Virus record (IMG/VR): IMGVR_UViG_3300015371_000009
Span: 1-64,000 of that record
Length of the DNA stretch: 64,000 bases
Strand: one strand, 5' to 3'
From: a virus
Part shown: positions 10,395 to 20,399 of the stretch, in pieces
Layout of the letters: the number at the start of each line of letters is the position of its first letter
Position numbering within the stretch: position 1 is the first letter of the stretch
Made by a program: the position numbers and the translations under genes
Notes under the pieces: generated by a model
What the model was told of the DNA's origin: nothing
The model's database searches: none
What the model saw: only the letters and a program-made list of their open reading frames with translations

Positions 10395-11507
10395 TTATCG
10401 TGGCCTCAGTGAGCCTTTTGATGGGCCGCCCCTCTTTAATGGTTTGCGCATCCTGTCCCATTCCGCCAGCGTGTCAGGCAGCGGACCGATTTCGGTCGGC
10501 GAGTCCTTTTCGTTGAGCAGGAATTTTTCCAGCGCCATGAACGTGTCGAATGCCTCGCCAAGCACCTTGTCGCTGATCGAATTGCGGCTGTCCGGATGCA
10601 GGGCGCGCCTGATTTTGTTGAACGTGTCCTTATCCATCAGGCCCCTGCGCCGGGCGTAGAGTTCTTGCGCCTGCTCGATTCTCTTCCTCCAGAGCGGCAG
10701 TACGATTTCATCGATGCGTCGTTTGACTTCATCAAGCACGCGCATTTCAAAACTCAAGTCGAGCTTGCGCTGGTGGGTTCGCATTGCCGCGTCGAGCTTC
10801 TCCTGGGCCGACATCGACAGCGCCACTTCCGGCGGTGGCGCGACTTCGCGGCGACCTTGCTCTTGTGCGACTGCGGTCTTGACCACTTGCACTGAAGCCA
10901 GACCGGATTGGGCAGCGGCCTGTTCGAGCGTGTAGCCCTTGTCCAGAACCAGCGCGCCGGCAAGATCGGCCTTCGCCGCTTCGGTTCGGCGGCGCGGTCC
11001 ACTGGTGCTGCCCTTGGGCCGACCCGCCCCCTTCGGATTGCTCGCGGTCTTGGCAGATTTTGATTTATTCCGTTGGAATAAATTACCGAGGTCCTTGCTG
11101 ATCGTTCCCTGCGTCACATCCAACGCCTCCGCGATCCGCTCCATTGTCCACTCGCGCTCGCCGTAGAGATATTTAGCAATGCGTTGGCGCTCGGGCTTGG
11201 TCATCGGCTTGGTGCCGACGTTTGAGGCGATAGCGATCTTCAAGCGCTCGGCATCGGCTTCGTCGCCTTCGCCAAGTTCGAGCATCACAACGACGGGCTC
11301 GATCTTCAACTCCTTGGCGATCTTGAGCCGACGATGGCCGACCAGCACGACGCCGCGCTCGTCTTTGTAGGCCGGGAATTCCTTGCGCCAGCCGAATTGC
11401 TTCATCGATCCGCGCAGCTCGGTATCGTCATCACCGTCTAGCAGGCGGATGTTGTCGCGAAACTCACCGGTCTTTGGGTTGAATGGATCGTTGAGCTTGT
11501 TTGTCAT
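10395..11507 (-). CDS. ParB/Srx-like N-terminal domain plus HTH protein
   Basis: LRGSMKQFG...VLVGHRRLKIA; HTH MERIAEALDVTQGTISKDL. Confidence 0.75.
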   Translation of the reverse strand: MTNKLNDPFNPKTGEFRDNIRLLDGDDDTELRGSMKQFGWRKEFPAYKDERGVVLVGHRRLKIAKELKIEPVVVMLELGEGDEADAERLKIAIASNVGTKPMTKPERQRIAKYLYGEREWTMERIAEALDVTQGTISKDLGNLFQRNKSKSAKTASNPKGAGRPKGSTSGPRRRTEAAKADLAGALVLDKGYTLEQAAAQSGLASVQVVKTAVAQEQGRREVAPPPEVALSMSAQEKLDAAMRTHQRKLDLSFEMRVLDEVKRRIDEIVLPLWRKRIEQAQELYARRRGLMDKDTFNKIRRALHPDSRNSISDKVLGEAFDTFMALEKFLLNEKDSPTEIGPLPDTLAEWDRMRKPLKRGGPSKGSLRPR

Positions 11508-11827
11508 TGGTCAGCTCCCCCACTGCGGCGGCGCTGTTTACGCGACGCCCAATAGCGACGCAGCACAACGCCAAGAGCTTTGCTTATGTCCGCGAGCTTT
11601 GCTGTACCGACATCACGCATTTCGAGGTCGCACATCTCCAAAGCTTTTTCGCGGATCATCGTTGCCGCCGCGAAATCATCTGCAGCGAGCGAGCCTTCAA
11701 TGGCCAATTCGTTATAGAGCGCTTTCAAAAGCGTGCGATAACGCTCGTTTTCCCACAGTAAGATATGGATGCTTTCCACTTGGTCGTTGAAGCTGGGTGG
11801 CCCAATAGGCCGAAAACTTTTTGACAT
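11504..11827 (-). CDS. hypothetical protein, tandem paralog A
   Basis: AIEGSLAAD...MIREKA...LGVVLRRYWASRKQRR shared with the next gene. Confidence 0.65.
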   Translation of the reverse strand: MSKSFRPIGPPSFNDQVESIHILLWENERYRTLLKALYNELAIEGSLAADDFAAATMIREKALEMCDLEMRDVGTAKLADISKALGVVLRRYWASRKQRRRSGGADQ

Positions 11828-11919
11828 CGCCGTACTCCTGTTTGCGCGACGCCATGCGCGCGGGGAGAGAACTGGGGCGGTTGCCCGCCCCAGTCGTTTT
11901 CAAAGGGACTTTGGCAAAT

Positions 11920-12318
11920 TTAATCGCCGTTGCCCTCGCTGGGGACTTGCTGCCCGCCAACCGTATTCCGGCGCTGCTTGCGTGATGCGTTGTAGCGACG
12001 CAGCACGACACCGAGAGCAAGATTGATGATGGCGAGCTTCTCTTCGGCAACTTCGTTGCTGCCGATTTCCTTGGCCTTCTCCCGAATGATCATGGCGGCC
12101 AGCACGTTGTCGGCTGCCAGTGATCCCTCGATCGCGTGGGCGTCGTAGGTTGCCCTGAGATAAGAGCGATACTTCGGGTCCTCATTCACCAGGATGCGGT
12201 GAATGTCCTCGACCAAGTCGTTGAGAGTGCGTTCGGCTTTGATATGCCGTTCCCAGTCTTCAATTTTCTCGGGGAGGGGAGGGGCTTCGCGAAGTGAGAC
12301 ATTGCTATTACGCGACAT
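11920..12318 (-). CDS. hypothetical protein, tandem paralog B
   Basis: AIEGSLAAD...IIREKA...LGVVLRRYNASRKQRR. Confidence 0.65.
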   Translation of the reverse strand: MSRNSNVSLREAPPLPEKIEDWERHIKAERTLNDLVEDIHRILVNEDPKYRSYLRATYDAHAIEGSLAADNVLAAMIIREKAKEIGSNEVAEEKLAIINLALGVVLRRYNASRKQRRNTVGGQQVPSEGNGD

Positions 12319-12391
12319 ATTGACTTACTACCTTTCTGCGGGGGCACCATGCTCCCGCAGCTGCAAATCTAGGCGGTCAAATTGACCGCCG

Positions 12392-12922
12392 TCAACCACC
12401 AAAATTCTGGAGCCGCTTTACCTCATCTGCGAACCAAGCGTTGCGCTGGGGTCCGTTCTTGAAGGGCTTTGGCAAGTAACCTTGCTTGACCCATCGAATG
12501 AGCGTGCTGCGGCTGATGTTGAGCTGCTTGCAGACTTCCTGCGAATGCACGAGTCGCCGATTCTCTGGCGCTCCAATTTCGCGCCGATTTGCGATCCATT
12601 GGTCAACCTGTTCGGCTGGCCAAACCACGGTGCGCTTGCCGTAGGGTTGCGGCGCCGGAAACATTCCACGCTCGACCCAGCGATCTAAGGTCGCACGATG
12701 GATGTTTAGCCGCCTAGCCACCTCCGGCGCGCGCAGCAGTTTCTTTGGATTCGTCAATCGCTCGTGCGCGGCACGGCCGGCCTCGGTGATCTTCCATCCA
12801 CGCGGCGGCTTGGCCAAACCCAGCGCGGCCAACTCTTGCAATTGTGCCTCGGTCACATGACCGATGGTTCCCTGCCAGAGCTTGGACAATGTGCGGAGTT
12901 GCTCGTTGGTCAGCGTTTTCAT
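12392..12922 (-). CDS. tandem AlpA-domain regulator/excisionase-like protein
   Basis: Two AlpA HTH domains; start reassigned to MKTLTN downstream of a promoter. Confidence 0.8.
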   Translation of the reverse strand: MKTLTNEQLRTLSKLWQGTIGHVTEAQLQELAALGLAKPPRGWKITEAGRAAHERLTNPKKLLRAPEVARRLNIHRATLDRWVERGMFPAPQPYGKRTVVWPAEQVDQWIANRREIGAPENRRLVHSQEVCKQLNISRSTLIRWVKQGYLPKPFKNGPQRNAWFADEVKRLQNFGG

Positions 12923-12930
12923 CCTGGCCC

Positions 12931-12961
12931 TGATTAGGTCATTCTGGCCGGTAACGTCAAG
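12931..12961 (-). promoter_or_regulatory. sigma70-type promoter with GGYCA-N3-TGRCC operator
   Basis: Minus strand cttgacg-ttacc-ggccagaatgacc-taatca. Confidence 0.55.
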
Positions 12962-13020
12962 GCGACGGCCGGCCGTGTCCAGAAAGTTGCGCTCGGGTGA
13001 AGTGAGAACGGACAAAGAAT

Positions 13021-13286
13021 CTGCGGGTGGTTTTGCGGGTGGTTTTTGTCACTTTGCGGGTGGTTTTGGCCATTTTGTTCGCATTCGTTCTCATGTGAAA
13101 ACGGCTCCCGATTTTGGCGGAAGCCATTGACGTGAAAGGTGTTTTCTATGGCGCGCTCGGAGGGATTCGAACCCCCAACCCTCGGCTTCGAAGGTCTACG
13201 TTGGATCGACCAATTGTTGTTGATGCGCCAGCAGCTTAGACCGTCTTCAGCCGGCGCTGCGGGTGGTTTTGCGGGTGGTTTTTGTC
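13021..13286. mobile_element. attP site: tRNA-derived core plus arm-type repeats
   Basis: Identical 30-mer ctgcgggtggttttgcgggtggtttttgtc at 13021-13050 and 13257-13286 (extra monomer at 13055-13067) flanking a tRNA 3' half next to the integrase. Confidence 0.85.
13149..13194 (-). other. 3' half of tRNA-Arg (anticodon loop CT-TCG-AA to CCA), att core
   Basis: Minus strand ccttcgaagccgagggttgggggttcgaatccctccgagcgcgcca; T loop and CCA present, no D arm or 5' acceptor strand. Confidence 0.85.
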
Positions 13287-14480
13287 GGCCTTCTTGCCAA
13301 GGCGCGCCTTGCGGGCGGTCGTCAGCTTCTCGCGCAGCTTCGCGGTCGCGTCGGGCAGCAAGTGTCCGTAGATGCGCAGCGTCGTGGCGTAGTCGGAATG
13401 GTCGAGGCCCTTCGACACCATCATCAGGCCGTCGGCGCCGCTGGTGCGCAACGCCTTCGACGCGAAGTCATGACGGAAGTCGTGGATGCGAAACCGCGTG
13501 GCAAAGCCGGCGTGCTTGCTGAGGGTGTTCCAGACGCCGCGGAAGCCGGCGTTGGTGATCGGATAGCGCAGCCCCTTGACCCGTTTGACCCGCGTTTCGG
13601 TGACACCGCCGTCGAGCCGCCGGTGACGCGTCACATAATCGCTGTTGTGATCGGCCGTGTAGGTGAACACGCGGCGCTCAGCCAGCGACTCGCCGACGTT
13701 GTCGTGACGCTTGCAGTAGAGCGGCCACAGCAGCTCGCGGATGGTATCGTCAATCTCGAACACAATGCGCTTGGGCACGCCGCGGCGGCCCTTGCCCATC
13801 ATTTCGATGACGCCTTCCTCCCATTTAACTTGCCGCCACTCCAGCTCGATACAGTTCATCTTGCGCTTGGCGACGTGGTTGATGAATGCGATCAGCGGCC
13901 AATAGTCGGCGCGGTGGTCTTCGATGGCGCGATCCAGTCCGCTTTCCTCCTCGGCCAGCAGCTCGCGGGTGTGCGGCTTGACTTCCGGCAGCCAGAGATT
14001 TCGCCAGTCCGGTTCATCGGGGAAATGCGCCTTCGGTTTGCAGAACGTGAACAGCTCCTTGAGCTGCTTGATGCTGTCGTTGACGGTCGCATTCTTGATC
14101 GGCCGCGCGTTCTTGCCTTTGCCGACCTTGTCCTTGGCGCGCACGCGGATCATCACGCGCACAGCCTCGGTGTCGATTGCGGTCAGCAGCTTGGCCGCCC
14201 CGAAATAGCGGACCAGCCAGCTGACCTTGCGCTCGTAATTGATTCGATCCGTGAAATATTGTGCCTTGTCGAGCATGAAGCGCGAGCCGACATCGCCGAT
14301 TTGCAGCGACGTGCCGGCGACCGCCTCGACGTCCAGCTCTTTTATTTTGGCTTCTGCCCACGCGTCGAAAGCCGTTTGCGCATCTCGCTGATTGGTGAGC
14401 CCTGTAGAGTGAGTATGTTTTTTGCCCCGGTGCCAGAGGTCGCCGCGGTACTTGCCCCGCTCTTTGTAGACGTTCGGCAT
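13236..14480 (-). CDS. int: tyrosine recombinase (integrase)
   Basis: RIHDFRH, LDHSD...TTLRIY catalytic motifs; adjacent attP. Confidence 0.92.
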   Translation of the reverse strand: MPNVYKERGKYRGDLWHRGKKHTHSTGLTNQRDAQTAFDAWAEAKIKELDVEAVAGTSLQIGDVGSRFMLDKAQYFTDRINYERKVSWLVRYFGAAKLLTAIDTEAVRVMIRVRAKDKVGKGKNARPIKNATVNDSIKQLKELFTFCKPKAHFPDEPDWRNLWLPEVKPHTRELLAEEESGLDRAIEDHRADYWPLIAFINHVAKRKMNCIELEWRQVKWEEGVIEMMGKGRRGVPKRIVFEIDDTIRELLWPLYCKRHDNVGESLAERRVFTYTADHNSDYVTRHRRLDGGVTETRVKRVKGLRYPITNAGFRGVWNTLSKHAGFATRFRIHDFRHDFASKALRTSGADGLMMVSKGLDHSDYATTLRIYGHLLPDATAKLREKLTTARKARLGKKADKNHPQNHPQRRLKTV

Positions 14481-14677
14481 TCCTCTCTCCGTTTGCGCCG
14501 CTCGATGAAGGCAACCACATCGGTGGCCTCGAACATCATCACGCGGTAGCGCCTGCGTCCTTTCCGGTTGCGCGCCATCTCGACATACGGCAATTCACCG
14601 TCCGCGACATAGCGCCGAAGTTGCGTGCCGGAACAACGCAGCTCGCTGGCAGCTTCCTTAGCCGTCAACAGAGCCAT
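14342..14677 (-). CDS. excisionase-like HTH protein
   Basis: LLTAKEAASELRCSGTQLRRYVADGELPYV; directly upstream of int. Confidence 0.8.
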   Translation of the reverse strand: MALLTAKEAASELRCSGTQLRRYVADGELPYVEMARNRKGRRRYRVMMFEATDVVAFIERRKRREECRTSTKSGASTAATSGTGAKNILTLQGSPISEMRKRLSTRGQKPK

Positions 14678-14693
14678 GGCAACTTCCTCCACT

Positions 14694-14723
14694 CATATAG
14701 GCCATTCTGACCGCTCTGGCAAG
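14694..14723 (-). promoter_or_regulatory. promoter for xis-int with shared operator
   Basis: Minus strand cttgcca-gagc-ggtcagaatggcc-tatatg. Confidence 0.65.
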
Positions 14724-15125
14724 CCGGTCATTTTTGCCTGTGTTTCCAGTGGTTTGAATTGGTGCCGCCGGGCATGCTGTTCCTGGGCGTCAAGGGGGGC
14801 ACGGCCCGGCGGCTTTCGCGGCACCGTGGTCATGGGCGTCAGCACGCTGATGGCCGCGAATCTGAATTGGTGCCGCCGGGCACGGTTCTTATGGGCGTCA
14901 GCGCGTTTGCGGCCCGGCGGCGGCGTCGCGGCATCCATTATGTGGGCGCCTTTCGGCGTCGACGTTACGCTGGCCGCGACGTTTGTCATTATAGCCAACC
15001 TCGCAATGTTCGGCGACGGCGGCGCCGGGAGATGGCGGCCCGCACCCAATAGCCGATGCCAAAGCCGATCAGGATGCCGCCCAGCACGGTCACAACAATC
15101 AGACCGGGATCGAGCTTCAGGGGAA

Positions 15126-15362
15126 TCATCGGTGCTGTCGCTTGTAGTAGCGCGCAAGGTTGGCCGCGTTGCGCTCCTCACGGTGGGCGGCGTGGTACTG
15201 GTGCCAGTATTCCGCCATGTCACCCTTGTGATCCTTGAACCACTTCGCCCGCTGCGCCTTGGCGCGCTGCTCGCGGCATAATTTGCTGCACATTTTGTCG
15301 TGCTTGGTCTTTGCCCGGAACGGCTTACCGCAGGCCACGCATGCGATGATGATCATGGGCAT
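15126..15362 (-). CDS. Zn-finger protein
   Basis: CVACG...CSKLC; similar to 5261-5659. Confidence 0.55.
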   Translation of the reverse strand: MPMIIIACVACGKPFRAKTKHDKMCSKLCREQRAKAQRAKWFKDHKGDMAEYWHQYHAAHREERNAANLARYYKRQHR

Positions 15363-15820
15363 TTGCCTTTTTGGTGGGACGGCCCTGACAAGGGAGTAAA
15401 CAAGCCATGCCGTCCCCGCGGGTGTTGTTTCATCTATGCGGCATCACTTGCCCGCTTGACGCCGTCGCAGCTATCCGCGCGCGCCAAAACCAAACACGCA
15501 CGGCCCTCTGCGCAAGGGTCCTACGATAAGAGCGTCGGATACTTGGTTCGGATAAACCGGATCGCCTGCATGCGCTCGGCTTCATCCATTCGATCGAAAG
15601 CAGCGAGCACAATCGCCAGTCGCATCAGCCAATTTTCCGGCGCCGATGCCGGCTCGCCCATCGCCTGAATTGGTGACGTCACCGCGATTGCCTTGCGTGC
15701 GCGTCTAGCCATTTTCTCCTCCTCTCTGTCAGAAAAACCGGCCGCCCATGACTCGGAACGCGACCTCAAGCAGCGCAATGATGCCGACGAACAACAAGAT
15801 GGCGGTGCTGGTGTCGATCA

Positions 15821-16234
15821 TCACGAATCCTCCTTGCCTTGGCGCCACGGTGCGATCCGTTGGCCGTTGAAATAAACCCGATACGGTTTGGCGTCGGCCT
15901 CCTCGATCACATAGCCGGCGCATTCTTTGACGCGCAGCCGGTGCAACGCGCGCACGCGATGGTGCCCCTCGATCAGCCACGCCCGATCGTCTTCGATCAC
16001 GAGAATCAACGGCGGCGCTTTTGCCAGCCGCGCCTGGTCGGACACCATCGCGTCGACCTTGGCGGTGTCGACTTCGACATTGCGGTTGGCGGCGAACAAC
16101 TCCGGCACCGACACCACGTGCAGCTTGTGCCGGCCAGCGGCGCAATCACGTGCGGCACGCGTCACGTTCCACGATCCGTGGTCGGAATCGAACGTGTCAT
16201 CGCCGATGTCGAGATTCGAAATGACCAGCGTCAT
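15821..16234 (-). CDS. ParB/Srx-like domain protein
   Basis: PPLILV...LIEGHHRVRAL. Confidence 0.65.
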   Translation of the reverse strand: MTLVISNLDIGDDTFDSDHGSWNVTRAARDCAAGRHKLHVVSVPELFAANRNVEVDTAKVDAMVSDQARLAKAPPLILVIEDDRAWLIEGHHRVRALHRLRVKECAGYVIEEADAKPYRVYFNGQRIAPWRQGKEDS

Positions 16235-16449
16235 GCCGGTCGGCGTTTGTTCAGGTCTTCGAACCATTGATCGACTTGCTCCGCTGGCCATACGACGATG
16301 CGGCGGCCGTAGCGCCGCGGTGGAGGGAAGATGCCTTTTTCAACCCAGCGATCCAGGGTGGCGCGATGGATTTGCAGCCGCTTGGCAACCTCCGGCGCGC
16401 GCAGCAACTTCGCGTTGCTTATGGCTTTTTCGTAGTGCTGCTGAGCCAT
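16231..16449 (-). CDS. AlpA-family regulator
   Basis: LLRAPEVAKRLQIHRATLDRWVEKGIFPPP...VVW. Confidence 0.8.
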   Translation of the reverse strand: MAQQHYEKAISNAKLLRAPEVAKRLQIHRATLDRWVEKGIFPPPRRYGRRIVVWPAEQVDQWFEDLNKRRPA

Positions 16450-16604
16450 TTTTCGACCTCGTCCTCGAACCACGCGTTACGCTGCGGACCATCCTTGAAC
16501 GGCTTGGGGAAGTAGCCCTGCTTCACCCAGCGAATTAACGTGCTGCGGCTGATGTTGAGCTGCTTGCAAACCTCCCGTGATCGAACCAGCCGACGCACCG
16601 TCAT
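16419..16604 (-). CDS. AlpA-family regulator
   Basis: EVCKQLNISRSTLIRWVKQGYFPKP...AWFEDEVEKW. Confidence 0.8.
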   Translation of the reverse strand: MTVRRLVRSREVCKQLNISRSTLIRWVKQGYFPKPFKDGPQRNAWFEDEVEKWLSSTTKKP

Positions 16605-16873
16605 CAGCCCAGCCCGCTCATTCGGTGTTCGGCGCAGATGTTGCAGACCCGCTCGCGCATGTCGCTAAACAGCGCGGCAACGCCCTCCAGCGCAAAATCG
16701 GTTTTGTAGAGCGCCGCGTGACAGATTTCGAAGGCGATGACGGTGGCGGCGCACATGACGATCAGCTCGCGCCGTTCCATGTCGCCCAGCTCATCGATGC
16801 CGACGATCGGCGGATCAAGGTCATCCTTCAGCGCTTGCACCAGCGCGGCGCGCGATTCGATCAGGTCGGCCAT
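16604..16873 (-). CDS. hypothetical protein
   Basis: Coupled ORF starting MADLIE. Confidence 0.5.
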   Translation of the reverse strand: MADLIESRAALVQALKDDLDPPIVGIDELGDMERRELIVMCAATVIAFEICHAALYKTDFALEGVAALFSDMRERVCNICAEHRMSGLG

Positions 16874-17224
16874 CACGATTTGCCTCCTGCCTCGGTGACC
16901 ACGTCGGCGATGCGCTTGATCGAGTGCGCCAATGACAACAGCAGCACGGGCATCGCCTGCATTTCCGACAGGCTGAAATCCCAATCCTTGCGATCGGCCG
17001 GCAGCAACTCGAGCGCCACCGGCTCGAGCGCGCGCTTCAGCAGCTCGGCTGGGATCATCGTCGGCATGATGTCAACGCCAAATTGGCCGCGGTCATTTCA
17101 AAATCTCCTCCACCCCAGTCGCAGGATCGCGACCGAGAGCGCGACGATGGAAAGCGAATTGATGATCGAGATGCCGGCGGTGACGATCAGCGCGATGGCG
17201 ACTTCGTCGGTCATGATCCGCCCT

Positions 17225-17881
17225 TCAAGCTGGAATGAGTTTCATCGCCTGCAGGCGCATGCGATCGAGCGCCTCGAGCGCGTCGACCTGGAGCCCAGCC
17301 TGGGCGCGCAGCGCCGGGTAACCGGACTCGATCGAGTCGAGCACCTCACGCCGGGTCGCCGGCCGGCCTTCGCAGAACCAGCCCAACCGCGACGGCGCGC
17401 CGATCCGGAACAGGATTTCATTGCCGTTGCCGAGAAAGCGGTCGTAATGGTCGGTGACCCACACCAGCGCCACGCCGGGATTGCGCGAGATGCCGGTCGG
17501 GCTGAAAAACGAGTCTTCCGGCAGCTCGGTCTTTTCGTTCCTGCGCATGCGCGGCCGGGTCAGGAACGGGCAGGCCTGTACGGCAAATGTCGCGCAGTCG
17601 AGATGACATGGCGGCTCACCGGAAACGCGGTTGATCGCGCACATCGGGCCGATGACAAAAGCCTTGTGGCGGCCCAGCACCTGACCGCACAGCCAACACA
17701 GATTGGCGCGGATCGCGTGGTGCATCTTGCCTTTGCCGATGACGCGGAAGTCCGGAGCGTGGTCCGCGTTCCAATGGACAAACCACGGCACCACGAAGCC
17801 GCGATGGTCGAGCGGCAGCCGTTTCATCCGATTCGGGATCGGCGGCTGCGACGGGTGCGGCGTGATGGCGGCGGCGGTCAT
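17225..17881 (-). CDS. Cys-rich phage protein (paralog of 45179-45796)
   Basis: CWLCG...EPPCHLDCATFAVQACPFL. Confidence 0.7.
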   Translation of the reverse strand: MTAAAITPHPSQPPIPNRMKRLPLDHRGFVVPWFVHWNADHAPDFRVIGKGKMHHAIRANLCWLCGQVLGRHKAFVIGPMCAINRVSGEPPCHLDCATFAVQACPFLTRPRMRRNEKTELPEDSFFSPTGISRNPGVALVWVTDHYDRFLGNGNEILFRIGAPSRLGWFCEGRPATRREVLDSIESGYPALRAQAGLQVDALEALDRMRLQAMKLIPA

Positions 17882-18303
17882 GCTCGCCTCCGCAGCTGCT
17901 TGCGAATGCGCGCCGGGATGACCACGAATGTCGTGCAGCGATCGCAACACCGGCCCGACTTCACCGGCGTGGCATCGCCGCCCCAGCCGTCATATGGCTG
18001 GCGGCAAATCGCGCAGAGCTGGTCGCCGTCGGCGTAGCGCGACTTGCGGCGTTTCAGTTTTATGACCTCCGCCATTTCCGATCCTCCAAAAAAGTGCGGG
18101 GTTTCTTATCTCGACACCCGCCCCGGTTCTGCCCCGGCTCGGCGCTTGTGGTTATCCAGCCCCCACAGCGGCGCGTTCCTAGTGCTACGCTGGCGGAAAT
18201 ACTTGCGCCGCCGGGCCGAAACGCACAGACAGGAAAGCCCGGCGGCGCGCACCGCACAGCACCCCGATAGGGGTCGTACCGAGAGCTGGGCGATGGTTCG
18301 GAT

Positions 18304-18675
18304 TCATTGCGTGCTCAACCGATCCTCTTCATCAAGTTTGTCCAGCTCGGTGAAAACCTTGCCGCTGGTATCGTCGGAGCGCTTCGCCTCTTGCATCGCC
18401 AAATTGCCCAGCAGATAAAGTTGGGTGATGCCGTTTTTCAGTTTGCTGATGCGCTCGAGCACGCGGTGCTCGATTTCATCGGCGTTCTTTTTCGACCGCT
18501 GCAGCTCCTGCACGAAGCCGTTGCCGATCTTGTCAAGCGAGTCGTGCAGGAGGTCATGGTCACGCTGAATCCCCAGCATCGGTGGCGTGGCGCCGTTGCC
18601 GGTGCGTTGCGGCACCTGATGCGCTGCGGTGATCGCCTTCATCTCATTGAGCATCCGGTCATCGTGTTCGGCCAT
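18304..18675 (-). CDS. coiled-coil hypothetical protein
   Basis: GAGGAG RBS. Confidence 0.55.
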   Translation of the reverse strand: MAEHDDRMLNEMKAITAAHQVPQRTGNGATPPMLGIQRDHDLLHDSLDKIGNGFVQELQRSKKNADEIEHRVLERISKLKNGITQLYLLGNLAMQEAKRSDDTSGKVFTELDKLDEEDRLSTQ

Positions 18676-18687
18676 CGCCGTTCTCCT

Positions 18688-19179
18688 CTATGTGCTCATG
18701 CGTAACCGGCCGGCATAAGCGTTCGGCCAAACGTGTTTGAGCGCGATCCAGGCCAGCACCGACGCGCCGATCGGCACCATCAGCAGCGGCCACAACAGCG
18801 ATTGCGGTTCGCGCGGTGCCGGCTCGCGCACCGGCTGCAGCGGCACCGCGAGCCAGCGATCGAGGAATAACAGCTCGGTCGGCGGGTCGGCGGTATCGTC
18901 GGCGGTATCGCCCTGCTCGAACGACTCGGCGCGGAGCCAGCGCGGATCGACCGTGACCGTTTCGTAGCGCGGCAGCGGCACCGGCTGCGGCCGCGCGGTG
19001 GTGCGCCAGTGCAGCCGCGACTTCGGCATTCCGGGCCGGCCGACGTACCAGCATTTCCGGCCATCCACATATCGCCAACTCTGGTAACCGCCGCCGCCGC
19101 GGCTCGAGCGGCAGTCGATCGCCGCCGCCACCGTCGCGGTGATCAACAACAGCAGCATGGCGACGGCGAACCTCATCAC
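18688..19179 (-). CDS. membrane-anchored or secreted protein
   Basis: Signal peptide, WRYVDGRKCWY motif, C-terminal transmembrane helix. Confidence 0.6.
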   Translation of the reverse strand: MMRFAVAMLLLLITATVAAAIDCRSSRGGGGYQSWRYVDGRKCWYVGRPGMPKSRLHWRTTARPQPVPLPRYETVTVDPRWLRAESFEQGDTADDTADPPTELLFLDRWLAVPLQPVREPAPREPQSLLWPLLMVPIGASVLAWIALKHVWPNAYAGRLRMST

Positions 19180-19250
19180 GCGTCCTATTCGGTGCGGGCC
19201 CGGTGGCCGACAGACTGCACGAGAGGCCTGCCGGGCCCGCTGCGGGGGGT

Positions 19251-20384
19251 CTACCCCGCATTGCTAAGCGGGATTCCGTCCCAGCCCTTCAGCCAAGCCG
19301 CCGCCAGCGCGGTGGCGTCCTGGCCACGGTATTCGCCGGGAATGGCCTTGCGGGCGTGGCCGTCGGCTTTGGCCTTCATGCCCCTTTCCCATGCGGCCTC
19401 AGCGGCCGCCGCAGCAGGGTCCGAGGTGTCCGCCGATTGCTCGGCGGTGGAAGCGTCGGAGTTTTGCTGCGGGGGCTCGCTTTGGGCCGGCGCCGGCTCG
19501 GTCCCCAGTGATCCAAGTGGAGCATTTGCCGGCGAGGACTTCGGTGGTGACGGCGCGTCTTCGGCGCCGCCGCCGAACTGGTCGAGGGCCGCCGCGACGG
19601 AGGACGGCCGCTGTGCTGGTGCGATGGCTTCACGCTTGTCGCCGGCACCGGTGAAATCGTAGAGCGCATCGTCGCGCTGCAAGAGTCGATCGAGGTCGGT
19701 CGACTGCGGCAGTTGCTTTGAGTGCAAGCGCGCCACGGTCTTGCGCGCCATTTCCGGATAGAACGTCGGGTCCGACCACGGCCCGCGCTTGGCTTTGGAT
19801 TTTTTCCTGATGTCTTCGATCTGGTCGAAGTTCATCACCTCCCTAGACTTGGTGCCGTCCGGAAAAGTCGCGATGCTGTAAGCGAACAGCACCTTGCGGG
19901 CGCGGCCGCCGGTCGGTGCGGGCTTGTGATGGATGTACGGAGTGTCGCCCAGCGCATAATCGAACTGGTCGCCTTCCTGGACCACTTGCACATTCCAATC
20001 GCTGAGAATTCCGGCGTTGCGCACTTTCTTGCGCAGCCCGGCCACCATCGGTATCCATCCGGCCTGATCGGATTTGCCGCCGCGGCCATCCTCATCCTCG
20101 GAAAATGGCACGATCGCGCCTTCGCGACCGTCGGGCAGCAAGCCGTCGTTGGCGGCTGACATGCAGGCGTTGAAAAAACTCTGCCGCGTGCAGCGGAGCA
20201 ATTTCGGATTGCGCTGGACCGCGGTCATCACCACGCGAATGAAGCGCTCGGCCGGAATGTGTGCCGGCAGCGCGTACTTGAACTGGTCCATCATCCGACC
20301 GAGGTCTTCGCGCAGCGTTTTGACAGCCAGCGGCATCTCGCCGCCTTTGGTGATTTCGTTGCGCGTGGTGTGCGTGTCGGTCAT
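19251..20384 (-). CDS. recT: RecT-family single-strand annealing protein
   Basis: ALPAHIPAERFIRV...GLLPDGREGAIVPF...PW...EMARKTV. Confidence 0.92.
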   Translation of the reverse strand: MTDTHTTRNEITKGGEMPLAVKTLREDLGRMMDQFKYALPAHIPAERFIRVVMTAVQRNPKLLRCTRQSFFNACMSAANDGLLPDGREGAIVPFSEDEDGRGGKSDQAGWIPMVAGLRKKVRNAGILSDWNVQVVQEGDQFDYALGDTPYIHHKPAPTGGRARKVLFAYSIATFPDGTKSREVMNFDQIEDIRKKSKAKRGPWSDPTFYPEMARKTVARLHSKQLPQSTDLDRLLQRDDALYDFTGAGDKREAIAPAQRPSSVAAALDQFGGGAEDAPSPPKSSPANAPLGSLGTEPAPAQSEPPQQNSDASTAEQSADTSDPAAAAAEAAWERGMKAKADGHARKAIPGEYRGQDATALAAAWLKGWDGIPLSNAG

Positions 20385-20399
20385 TTCCAAATCTCCGGT

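Noticed and set aside
13149-13240. Complete tRNA gene
   Set aside because: The 5' half (acceptor strand, D arm, 5' anticodon stem) is missing; it is an att core.
14693-15223. 176-aa ORF with two ARRHQF repeats
   Set aside because: It overlaps another ORF and the xis promoter. An 18-bp direct repeat is present (about 14757 and 14866), but coding status and function could not be supported.
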